A stretch of 64,000 nucleotides of DNA, from the NCBI RefSeq assembly GCF_009914755.1, contig NC_060936.1; one strand, given 5' to 3'. Of this stretch, positions 16,899 to 30,028 are shown piece by piece (position 1 is the stretch's first letter; the number at the start of each line of letters is the position of its first letter). A program made the translations under genes and the position numbers. The stretch comes from the human T2T-CHM13v2.0 reference genome, Homo sapiens. A model generated the notes under the pieces. It ran no database searches and was not told where the DNA came from. It saw nothing but the letters and a program-made list of their open reading frames with translations.

Positions 16899-17949
16899 TA
16901 TATAAACAGCCACACACATCCACCCACACACACACCCCCCACACAGAGTTTAGATGTCATTCTGTATTACCCATAGAGCTTTCTCAATCTTTTTTAGGTC
17001 TGCATTTAGGTACCTTATGAATGGATATTTAGACTGCAATCTTTTCCTGTTACAAAATAATGCTACAGTGAATCACTTATGAATCATCAGTATGATCATA
17101 AGTACATTTGTAATGTCAATAGCTATTGCTAAATTGCTGTCTATGAAAAATTTTACCAATTGATTGATACTCCTACAAGCAATATATGATATCTGTTTTC
17201 CCACACCCTCAGATGGATTATTGTTAATGTTAGTAACATTTATTCTTGGAGACACAATGTAGGAAGCCACCTTTCTCAGGAGCAGACTGATCATGCCACA
17301 ATAATAATAACTGGCAGCTGTAAAGAAATATTTGCAAGTAGCCTATCTTGGAAATAGGCTCAGTACTGTTTTCAAGACTTCTGCTAAAAAGAGGATAGGT
17401 TAATAAGTCATTAATGTTTTGGCTCATTCTCTTCAAAAACAATATGGAGGAATTTTTCTGGTAGACACTGGAAAAAAGAGAAGGAGAAATGTCAGCTTAC
17501 AAAAGAAATGTCTGTGTAAATACAATAATTACATGGCAGTGCTTGATAATTCTGTACTCAAGCCCCCTGGGCTCCATGTTATAGAGCTCCTCTGGGAAGG
17601 CAGAGGGAAGAACCAGAAAAAGGAGACTTACTTCTGCTAAGACGCAGCCAGACCCTCTGTGAAAGACCTACAGAACTTTGAGCACAGCTTCCACTTAACC
17701 ACATGTAGCTATCAACCAAAGTTTGAGCAGAAAACTGTGCATTCATATAATTTGACTTGCTTTGCATTTCTCCCTTTCCCTTTTCTTTTTATATTTCAAA
17801 AAGAGATAAAAGTCTTCTGTAGATATAACTGACAAAGCATCAGTCCTTAAGGATTTAAGAATCTTAAGACTGGGCTGGAAAAAAATGCACAAGCAAAGAG
17901 TAAGACCTGCCTGGCCACATTTCCTTAGCCACATTGCTTATGGATTGTC

Positions 17950-18150
17950 AGACTTTGACTCATAGTTTACAGCTTAGTAGCTCTGTGACACTAGGGAGTT
18001 ACTTGACCTTCAGTTGCCTCATCTATAAAATGGGGATAATAATAGTTCCAACCTCATGGGATTATTGTGGGGAAATGAGATAATCCATATAAGGTATTGA
18101 GCCAGTGCTTAACATATACATGCTATTGCTCAATGTATGCTATCAATTAT
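17950..18150 (+). mobile_element. MIR
   Basis: Core cctcatctataaaatggggataataatagt. Confidence 0.85.
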
Positions 18151-18284
18151 TTTAATAGAAATATATATTATAAATTGTATGCAGGCTTATTAAGCAGTAG
18201 AGATTTCATCATTCACAACAGATTTTTTTTTCTGTTGCCTTTGTGATCTCCTGAGTTTTAAAAAACGCACTAAATATTCCTATC

Positions 18285-18371
18285 TCAGACCCTGTCTCAG
18301 AAAACAAACAAACAGAAAAACCAATAAGTAACATTTCTTCTTTTATAAAACCTCCAACCTTCTTTTTGTTC
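18285..18371 (+). repeat. Dispersed copy of 12987-13072 (Alu tail/LTR junction)
   Basis: 87 vs 86 nt, one substitution and one 1-nt indel. Confidence 0.95.
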
Positions 18372-18954
18372 ATTGGTGAAGTAAAGATCATTAGTGAAGT
18401 AGATCTTGGCTAAATAGAGTGGCTGAAAGTAGAAAAACAGTGCACTTCACAACCACTAGAATAAGGCTTTTTTTCTGTCTGGCTTAGTTACATGATACAA
18501 TTGAGTCTATCCAGGCTTAGTTTTAAGTAACCATTTATTTGGCTGAACAAAATTAGAGCTTGTGTGCATTTATTATAACATATATCCAGGCCCTATTTAA
18601 TCTCCTAGGAGAAGAAATGTACTAAATGATATACTGATGTCGTGGAAGAGCTTATCCAACTTAATTAAGTAGACTCTTTATTCCCATATAGTAAGTTAGA
18701 CATTCCGATTCTTTCCGATGATTCTGCACTAGAATTTAGCTGACCAGGGAGTTGGTTGTACATAGCATGGAACACCTTTCTTTTGCCCACAGTTTAATTA
18801 TGTATGGAGAGTAGAAAAGAGCTTTGGTATGAAAGCCTAAATACAGTTAAGATACAATGAGCTGATGACAAAGATTCTCTCTCTCTTTCACTCTCCTTTT
18901 AAGTAGCAATGCAACTGCACCTGATTAGAAGACTGATCTTTGAAAAATAAGTTA

Positions 18955-19900
18955 AATTCAAATCAAGAAAAGTTTCTTGAGAACACAGTTATCTACAAGG
19001 TACTGTGATGAGTAGTATGAATAATAATAAGACAAAGACGTTAATGTCACTTCTCTCAAGAAATCACCATTTAAGGGAACAAACAAATAAGTCCAGACCA
19101 GATAGTAATAAAATGTGGGAAATGCTACACTAGTAAACAAACAAACAAAAAAATCATATAGGAACTGTGATGAAGGCACCAATTCCATCAGGGGAGCAGG
19201 GAGGAAGGTGCTAAGGGAAATTTTGCAGAAGTGACATTTGAATTGGATCTTGGAGGATTTCCAAGATTTTTGTGGAAAGCAGAAAGGAGAGAGATAAATA
19301 AACAGCATGAGCAGGAGCAGAGAACATCAGTGGTTAGGATGAAGCTCTAAAGATTTGCTAAGACCCAGTTATAAAGCATTTAACGGTCTTCTAAGATTGC
19401 CTGGGCTTTATTGTGAAAATAATGGAGAAAATTGAAGGTTCTTAGTTGGGGCAGGTTCAGGGACCTGAACAGGTTGAGTTTGGGGGAAGGTGCATAAGAG
19501 TGGGGACACAGGGCAATGTGCTGGCAGGGAGAGTGTGTGAACAAGGAAAAGGTCTTGAATTGTAACTCTGGAGAACATCTCGTGGCGGGTTGTGGAAGAG
19601 AAATTTATGAAGGAGGCTCCTAAGAACTGCCTTTTGAAATTAAAGGAATCCTGAGACAAGCATAAGAAAGCAAAGAAAAAGAGTGATAAGGAAAAGGAAT
19701 CGATCAGCAGTGTCAAACACCGTACACAGATCTAGAGGAAAACGAAAAAGAAAGCTATTTGGTTGAGCAACTAGACCATTTTTAGTGGCTCCTTTGAGAC
19801 CACTTTCAATAGAATTAGTAAGGTAGAAACCAAATACCATGTCAGACAAGGAAAAATAATACTTGCAATGCACAGGAAATTTAAAGATAGGCAGGAGCTG
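18955..19900 (-). mobile_element. L2 fragments
   Basis: gaagtgacatttgaattggatcttggagga; cagcagtgtcaaacacc. Confidence 0.7.
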
Positions 19901-20419
19901 ATGTTGCATCTCTCAAGGAGGGTAGTATTTAAGAGCAACCAATGGAAATTATGAGAAATAGGAGCTAAAAAGGTCTAATCCCCAAAACCAGACAGACGAG
20001 AAACATTTGCAGAATGATGTCATCCTGCCTCCTTGGGTGATACCACTTTGTTCCTCAGATGTTTAACCCAGCCTGCATGAGTCAACATCTATATTTGGGC
20101 ATAAGGAGAACTACCTTTTGTGCTATGTGCCAGTTCAGAAGTCTGTTTTTGCTAGTCTGGTTTAGCTCTGCCAAATTATTTTAGGCTTATGACTGCATCA
20201 ACAGCCCATGGAAATTAATCTGTTTAATATCACATAGCTCTAATTCCAGCACACTTACTTCTATTCAATGTAATCTTAATTGGTTTTTTTCCCCTTTGCA
20301 TTTGGAAGACACAAGGTTTATATTTACAAGTACATTCATAGCAGATTTTAAAAGGCAAAAGTGGAAATGTCAGAAAAACCATATATAGAATCCAAGAGCT
20401 TATATCAATTACTGAACAT

Positions 20420-20640
20420 GACTAGAATAATAGTAATAACTTCTGTGAATTAAGTGCCTAGTGTTTGCCAGACAATTTTCATTGAGTATCTTTGATTCTA
20501 TAACCCTAAAATGTAGCTACGATTTCCATCCAGAAAAGATTAAGTAACTTGATTACATTCACTCAGTCAGCAAATGGAAGAGTAGGGACTCAAAGCTAGA
20601 CCTGACCCCAAAGCCCGTGGTCTTTCACCACTCTGTGCCC
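20420..20640 (-). mobile_element. MIR
   Basis: gattaagtaacttg...gggactcaaagctagacctgaccccaaagcccgtg. Confidence 0.65.
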
Positions 20641-20666
20641 TCTTCAAAATATCATGGTGCCCATTA

Positions 20667-21053
<387 letters not shown>

Positions 21054-21529
21054 TTAGATGTAAATTACTCATCTAACTTTTATTGGGAAGTAAATATTTC
21101 AAAATGCATGTGGTTGACCAGACTTAATAGTAAATGACTCTATTTCTAATGGGATATCAGAGGAGAAGGCAAAAAAGGAAATAAGATAGAAGCATTACAC
21201 AACAGAAACAATGTCTGAAGGAAAATTCAAAATTTAAGAAGAGCTGGAGATGGGTTCTTATAAGATCTCGTAAGATTATAATTTTTCTGGAATTTTGAAC
21301 TATAGTGATTCATTCTAAGAAAAAGAAATCAGTTCACAGGAAAAGAATCTCCCTAAGATTATTTCCCATCCCCACAAGCATTGAAAAATGCTTTTTGCAT
21401 ATTACACAGAGAAGTTCTGCTTGTTTTTCTCAACCCCTCCTTGTCAGACCAGGATGGGATGGGGAAGGGTGGCTTACCTTTGTAGACCCCCTGCCAGAGA
21501 GCCTTCCCTTGGCATGGAATCTAAAGTAG

Positions 21530-21760
21530 TCTCCCAGACAATCTCTAGCACATCACTGAGTTATATTTTCTTCATAGCAGTACCTGAAATTATTTTGTTT
21601 ACTCATTTTTTCACTGACTGGATTACCCCCACTAAATTTACGCTCCATGAGAACAGATTTTGTCTTTTTGATTCATGGCTAAACCTGAAGCACTCAGAAC
21701 GGTACCTAAAACAATGCCTCAGAAAAAATTTACTGACTGTCTGAATGAATGAATGAGTTA
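21530..21760 (+). mobile_element. L2 3' end
   Basis: Ends in (TGAA)n typical of L2. Confidence 0.7.
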
Positions 21761-21954
21761 ATATTGCCAAGGGCACAGTAATGTGAATCTGCAGCTTAAA
21801 GTGGAGATCTTCACCCAAGAAATAAGTTTTGTATCTCTCCCTGAAGAAAGAAACAGTTATGAGGGTGGGGAGTTTATGTTCATGGGCTATTAAAGGAAAA
21901 CTCAGAAAGATGGTGTGGTAAAAAGAAATATGTATTTGGTCTTTGTTCCAGTTC

Positions 21955-22255
21955 TTTTTGTTTGTTTGTTTGTTTGTTTATTTTTTGTTTGGAGACAGGT
22001 ACCCTCCAGGCTGGAATGCAGTGGTGCCATTACAGCTCACTGCAGCTTAAACTTCCCCAGGCTCAGGTGATCCTCCCAACTCAGCCTCCTGAGTAGCAGG
22101 GACCACAGGCATGGACCACCATGTCTGGCTAATTTTTACAATTTTTTTATAGAGATGGGTTTTGCCATGTTGCCCAGGCCGGTCTTGAAATTCTGGTCCA
22201 CCCACCTTGGCTTCCCAAAGTGCTAGGATTACAGGCATGAGCCACCATGCCCCGC
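21955..22255 (-). mobile_element. Alu (AluJ-like) in MER21
   Basis: Alu body, TSD ccagttc. Confidence 0.92.
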
Positions 22256-22592
22256 CAGTTCCCAGTTATTGACATAGCTTCCAAAATTCCCGGAATTTCC
22301 TGAGCAATAGGGGTGATAAAAGCATCTTTTGTTACTCATTACAAGTTCCTTTCAATCATACCTAAATTTATGCTAATAAGGTGGTTCCTGGTGGACCCCT
22401 AGATAGCTTCAAGATAGGGGCTGGTTGCCAGGGGAGCCAATCATGTGATAAGAGGGCTGGAGTTTTCAGCCTTCCCACTCCCCTCAACCTCCAGTGAGGG
22501 GAAGGGGGCTGGAGTTTGAGTTCATTCACTAATCACCAATGATTTAATCAATGATGCCTGTGTAATGAAGTCTCCATTAAAAAACCTAAACA

Positions 22593-22981
<389 letters not shown>

Positions 22982-23847
22982 TTAGAAACTCCTCCCCCAT
23001 CCCCACCCACCCCACCATACATTGCCCTATGCATCTCTTCCATTTGGCTCTTCCTGAATTGTATCCTTTGTAAGAAACTGGGAATAGTAAGTAAAGCACT
23101 GTCTTGAGGTCTGTGAACCTGAGGAGAGGGTTGTAGGAATCCCCCTACTTTATAACCAGTTGCTCAGGAGTATGAATGGCCCAAACTGGCAATTGGTGTC
23201 TGAAGTGGGAACAGTCTTGTGGGACCAAGCCCTTAACCTGTGGGGTCTGCACTCACTCTGGGTAGATGGTGTCAGAATTGAATTGAATTGTAGAACACTT
23301 AGTTGGTGTTCGAAGAGTTAGAGAATGGATTGATGTGAGTGAAAACCCCATGTTTGGTGTCAGAAGTATTGTGAATAAAAACAATCAGAGATGGCTTACT
23401 ACAAACACATGAATAGAGCTGATTCTGAAGAATCTCCTTCCTCCTAGGAGTGAGGAGTAGTCCTGCAGACGTATGTCCAAATTTGTCCTATCTTGGATTT
23501 AAGGCAAAAGCATTAAGGATTAAGTTCAAAGTCTTATTGTTCCTAAAATAGCAGGCATGTGAACATTGTGTAATGCTGTACTAAATATATGCAAGTAATT
23601 AAAATGAGTTATTCATATTCAGACCTAATGTGATGTTGAATGTATTATTGTCCAGTATTTTTTTGGGGGGGAGAGGTGTCAGAATTTTCAAAGCAATTCT
23701 GGACAGGGGAATGTTTTATGCTACTAAGGTCTTACAGCATGGAATATCCTCTCTCAGAGCTCTATATCTTGGAATGATTCCAAAAGACAGAAACAATATG
23801 GTTGGCACCCCTGGCTTTGGTATGGCTGAATACGTTAGGCAGATAAC

Positions 23848-24124
23848 CTTTTTTTGTTTAAGAGTCAGGGTCTCGCTCTGTTGTATAGGGTAAAATGCAG
23901 TGGCTCAATCATAGCTCACTACAGCCTTGAACTCCTGGGCTCAAGCAATCTTCCTGTCTCAGCCTCCCAAGTAGCTGGGACTACAGGCACACACTCCCAT
24001 GCCCAGCTAATTTTTAAAATTTTTTGTAGAGACGAGGTCTTGCTATGTAACCCAGGCTGGTCTCAAACTCCTGGCTTGGTCTTCCAAAGTTCTGGGATTA
24101 CAGGTGTCAGCCACTGCACTTGGC
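23848..24124 (-). mobile_element. Alu (AluJ-like)
   Basis: Alu body with a small left-arm deletion. Confidence 0.92.
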
Positions 24125-24579
24125 TAAATTACCTTTTATTAAACAGTCCATTTATTGAGTTAGAAAACACAGCCAACCTTCACCTGACCTGAATCAGATA
24201 GTCAGAGGCACACGGCCTCTCACATGCCTTTATACTTCTCTCTAATAAATACCTGATTATTGCACCAAACAGCAACCTGGTATGTTTTTGGACAAGTCTT
24301 TGAAAAAAGTATGTCTTCCTAGTTAAAAATGATTATTGTACTGCTGAAAACTGGGAAACCACTTACATAAAATATGTGTATATATGTGTATTTTCCCACA
24401 GCATTTTCTAATGAGAAATCATCTTAACTAATCATCCAGGCATATTATCAAAAATTGAAGAAGAGAATATTGACATATGAAGAAGCTAAGTGGAAGAAAG
24501 CAATACAATGAACAAAGGAGGAAAAGTCACAAAGATCTCTGATTTTAGCCGACAGAAATACACCATTTGTGTATTCCTC

Positions 24580-24935
24580 GCTGGAGGAGGGAGGACCCAC
24601 TTTCAAGATGGTTCATTCACATGCCTGGCAAGCTGGCAGGAATGCTGGCCAGTGCCGGCTACAGCTGTTGGCCAAAGGGGATGATCATCCTCAACATGGC
24701 TCCTCCATAGCTGCTTGGGTCTCTTCGTAGCTTGGCAGCTGAGTTCCAAGAGGGAAGAATTAGAAGTTTCCAGTCCTCTTAAAAAGCCGGGCCCAGAATT
24801 ATCACAGAATCATTTATCCTGTATTCTATTGGTCAAATCAGTCTCAGGCCTAAACAGATTCAAGAAGGAAAAGAAATAGACCCCAACTCAGGGGTGGGCT
24901 GGGATGACTTAGAGAGTGACAAAGAATTTGCAGTT
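24580..24935 (-). mobile_element. MLT1 LTR fragment
   Basis: ttcaagatggttcattcacatgcctggc; attctattggtcaaa. Confidence 0.7.
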
Positions 24936-25323
24936 ATTTTTCATTTATAATTCATTTGTTTATTAATCCTCAGCAGTTTTAAATGTATATATGCAGATGT
25001 GTATATGTTTTCTTTTTACAAAATTTAGATCATACTGAAAAAAGTACAACATGAATTTTTATTGTATCACAAACATTCTCTCAAGTCATTAAATATTCTT
25101 GAAAAATTGATTTTACTGGCTGTATCATATGGATTTGCCATAATTTATTAATGATTAAAAAATTGTCTGGAAATAAAATACCTTTTAAAATGCAGTAAAT
25201 TGCTAATAGTTCTATATCCATGTGGTTCTATTATGCGTGATTTGGATTTTTTTATTGTACACTTTTCTGCATTCCTATGTTTTCTACAATGACATACACT
25301 GTAATTTTTTTTTATCCCTTCAG

Positions 25324-25491
25324 GTGCTACTGTCTTCCCGTCAGTCTGTGTTACCCCAGAACCATCTCTGTTCTAAGCCAAGGTGTGGAAGAAGCCCTTC
25401 CCATAATTCTGCTAAGCTTTGTCATGCAATCTCATGGTATCTTCATCAGACATCTGAATTGAGCCTTGAAGTGTGAGTAGGAGTTCATCAG
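25324..25491 (+). other. Candidate non-coding exon
   Basis: Acceptor tttttttttatcccttcag|G; donors aagt|gtgagt (exon end 25472) or cag|gtgagg (exon end 25491). Confidence 0.35.
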
Positions 25492-26894
25492 GTGAGGGGT
25501 AAATGTAACACTTACATTTTGCCAGAGTCTACCTCTCTCCCAGATTGACTTCCTTTTCATAGCTTTATGAAATCAGTTATACCATTTGATGCTGGGGTTG
25601 CCTGCCTGCACCTCTAATCTTGGTTGGGGCCGGAAACTCCCTGCTATTGTAGCAGCAACCTCACATCACTGCCTCTGTCACCACCAACCACAGCTGGAGC
25701 AGGAGTATGAACTGGATACTGTAAAGGAAATGCCTGTGTGACCACCACTGTGAGAACCTTAGCATTTGAGATGGACCTTGTGGCACTGCAGGCCACGGGC
25801 TCTTGCACAGTATTTATAATCAGTAAAAAGAAGTTAATAATAGAAATGGCATTGTATCTGGAGTCTGATTCATAAATCTTGCTGACTATAGGCCAAAAAC
25901 CATTAAGTTCTGACTCAGTGTCACTCAAACCAAGAGTGTTTGAAACTAAGGGCTCCAGAGCTCTGAAATGCTAAAATGTCTTTCTGTGAATAATGCTTTC
26001 CTTGGGAGCAAATCAAGAAATACTCCCAGTGTGTTGGCAAGTAGTCTTTCCAGAGGCCAACATTAGGAAATTCAGACTGCCCTGTTTAAAAATGATAGAG
26101 TATTGGTATTTCAATTCCTTACACAATGGTTGATTAAAGCTAATTAATATAGCATATGTTTGCAGTTTTACCCCAGAGGCCATGATAAATCAGGTACAGT
26201 GGTAACTTCTCCTTGCTAACGTTGACATTTCCCACTGCTGTGGGTGGAGTGCTCATGGACCTGAGTATCTGTGATAAATGGCACGAATTTCCTTAGAGAA
26301 AAGCCACGCCCTACATCTGATTATTATTCTTTAATCCTGTACATTTGGGTAGAATTTTTTTCAGGGCTTTTATTTTTAGGGCTTATTTAGAAATCTAGAA
26401 TGAGAAAATGTTTGTCTCAACTCTGAGATGTGTATGTATGCGGGTGGATATGTGTATGTGTTTCCTACTTCTGAGTCACGCTGTCCACAAGGGACAAACC
26501 TTAAGGGGGCCCCATTATGTATAAAACACTGTGCTGTGTGCTGAGCCAAGGTGCCACTGCTTGACCAGCAAAGCACCTGGGTCCCCATCTCACCAAGTGG
26601 ATGCATGGTCTCCTCAGTCCTGCACCATGAAGAAAGCCTGGTCAGACCAGCAGAGGTTCCTTTGACTCAACAATCCTTTAAATAGTTATCCTGACCTTTC
26701 CAGAAGCCCAGCCTTCTGTGGGATGTGTTAGAAATTGCAGCTATCCTCAGCTGAACAGCTTGTGGCTACTTCTTAGCCTTTTCTCAGACCATTCTATCCT
26801 TGAATATGTCCAGGGGCTTTCACCACCGCACTAGTTCTAGCTCTCCCTGACATCCTCATCCAGTAGCTGCCATGCCTGCCACCCCACTCCATTC

Positions 26895-27405
26895 ATATTA
26901 TTAATAGTTTCTTATCGCAGCTATAATAAATTGTCACAAACTTGGCAACTTAAAGACACAAAAATTTATTCTTTTGTAATTCCAAAAGCCAGAAGTCTAA
27001 AATTGGTTTCACTGGGTGAAGTCAAGGTGTTGGCAGGGTGCTTCCTTATGGAGACTCTAGGGGAATATGTTTCCTTGCCTTTTCCAGCTTCTAGAGCTGT
27101 TTTCCTTGCACTTTTTGGCTCATGATCCTTTCTTCTGTCTTCAAAAGTGGCAATGTAGCATCACCTTCAAATCTCTATCTCTCTCTACCTCCACCTTCAC
27201 ATTACCTTCCCTCTTAGAAGAACCCTTGTGATTACATCAGGCCCACTTGGCTAATCCAGGACAATCTCCCCATTTCAAGATCGCCAACTTAACCACATTT
27301 GCAAAATCCCTTTTGCCATAAATGTAACAGCGACAGGTTACAGAGTTTAGGACATGGACATCTGAATGTCCATGGTGAGGCTGGGAGCCACTATTTAGTT
27401 TAACA
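26895..27405 (-). mobile_element. MLT1 LTR (MLT1C/D-like)
   Basis: cacaaacttggcaacttaaa; ccttgccttttccagcttctagag; taatccaggacaatctcccc. Confidence 0.85.
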
Positions 27406-27549
27406 AGTCATTTGGTGCTGGCCAGCTGCTGTTGCCTTAAGGCACCTAAATTAATCATGCCAGTGTTCCTGCGGAGGGCTCTGAAGTATGTTAACACATA
27501 TGTGAGGTGTGACTTTTATCCTAGAGAAATAGTACATGACAGCTGGAAG

Positions 27550-28130
<581 letters not shown>

Positions 28131-28569
28131 TATGAATAGTCTGTTTTCCTTAAAAGATAAAAGCAGGAGGTTCAGAAATATTAAGTGATTGATCTTTGCC
28201 TCATCCCCCCACCCTCAGCCTCAGAAGCTATAAATAGAGCAAAATCCCAAGTGAGACACTGGAGCTATTTGGACCCAGCTGAGAAACCCCTTTCCCCCAC
28301 CTCCCCAAATGCAGCTGATGTCACCTCACCCTACTGCAGTTCACACCACTCCAGAAGGGCCTCTGAGCCATGCTCCTTCCTTTCTCCTTCAGTCTTCCTG
28401 AAGGGAGCCAATGCCTTGACATCCATAGTAGTTGCCATTGACCCATAGGTCCTTGCCAATGTCCTGCAGTGCTCCCCACACAGGCCCTCAAACCCATCTT
28501 GGCGAATGCTTGCTGCAGCATTATTTTGATGAATGGTCAACTGCTGTAAATCTCATTGCTGCTGCCTAC

Positions 28570-29640
28570 TGGGTTTGGATGTCTAATTTATGTTTCAGAA
28601 TTAACATGTCCAAGACCAAACTTTTGAATACCTCCAACCCAACGGCTCCTTCCTGGATGATTCTCATCTGAAAGAATGGCGTCACCATACTTGCCAGCTG
28701 TCACTCAGGACAAATAGTGGCACCACCCAGCCTAAGGCACCATCATCTCACATCTGGAGTATTGCTACCTAACAACTCTTTCTACTTTCTTTCTCTTACA
28801 ATCCCTCCACAACATGAATTAGATAATGTCACTTCACCATTTAATCCTCTCCCATGGCTTACCATTATTCTTAATCAAAATCCAAAGTCCTTATCATAGC
28901 CTACAAGTCCCTGCAAGATGTGGCCCCTGCCTACTTCTCTGATCTCATTTCCCAATATTTTTTGCTCACAGCTCTTTTTTTTTTTTTTTTTGAGACAGAG
29001 TCTGGCTCTGTCACCCAGGCTGGAGTGCAGTGGCATGATCTCAGCTGACTGCAACATCCACCTCCAGGGTTCAAGCAGTCTCCTGCCTCAGCCTACCAAG
29101 TAGTTGGGACTACAGGCATGCATCACCAGGCCCAGCTAATTTTTGCATTTTTTCTTGTAGAGACGGGGTTTCGCCATGTTGGCCAGGCTGGTCTTGAACT
29201 CCTGACCTCAAGCAGTCCACCCGTTTCAGCCTCCTGAAGTGCTGGGATTATACGCGTGAGCCACCGTGCCCAACCCGGCCTTCTTATCCCAGGAATACCC
29301 TGAGCATGCTCCTGCTTCAGGACCTTGGCCCATGCTGTTTCCTTTGCCTGGAATACTCTTCCCCCTAGATAGCCACATGTTTTGTGTCCTTACTCCATTC
29401 AGGTCTTCTTCAAGTGTCATCTCCTCATAGAGGCGTTTCCTTACCACCCTATGTACAAAAAGCATTCCCATCACTTTATTTTCTTTAGAGTGCTTATTAT
29501 TACATGACATTGTATTATACGCTGTGCTGTTTATTATCTTCACTCCCACTAGATGGAAGCTCCATTTTCACCATTGCATTTTCAGCCCTTAAAATGGCAC
29601 TTGATTCATAGTTGGTATTTGATACATATTTTTTAATTGA
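28570..29640 (+). mobile_element. L2 interrupted by an Alu
   Basis: aacatgtccaagaccaaact; gcctggaatactcttcccc; ccactagatggaagctccat. Confidence 0.8.
28975..29280 (-). mobile_element. Alu (AluS-like)
   Basis: Full Alu with poly-T. Confidence 0.95.
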
Positions 29641-29730
29641 AAAATTGCTTTCTATGTGTAGGCAGTGTTCTACATCTTTTATAAGTATTAATTATCTTAA
29701 TCTCTCTAATAGCTTTATGAGATAAATACA

Positions 29731-30028
<298 letters not shown>

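Noticed and set aside
28185-28560. Coding-looking unique sequence with short ORFs on both strands
   Set aside because: No protein I recognise; would need BLASTX or PhyloCSF support.
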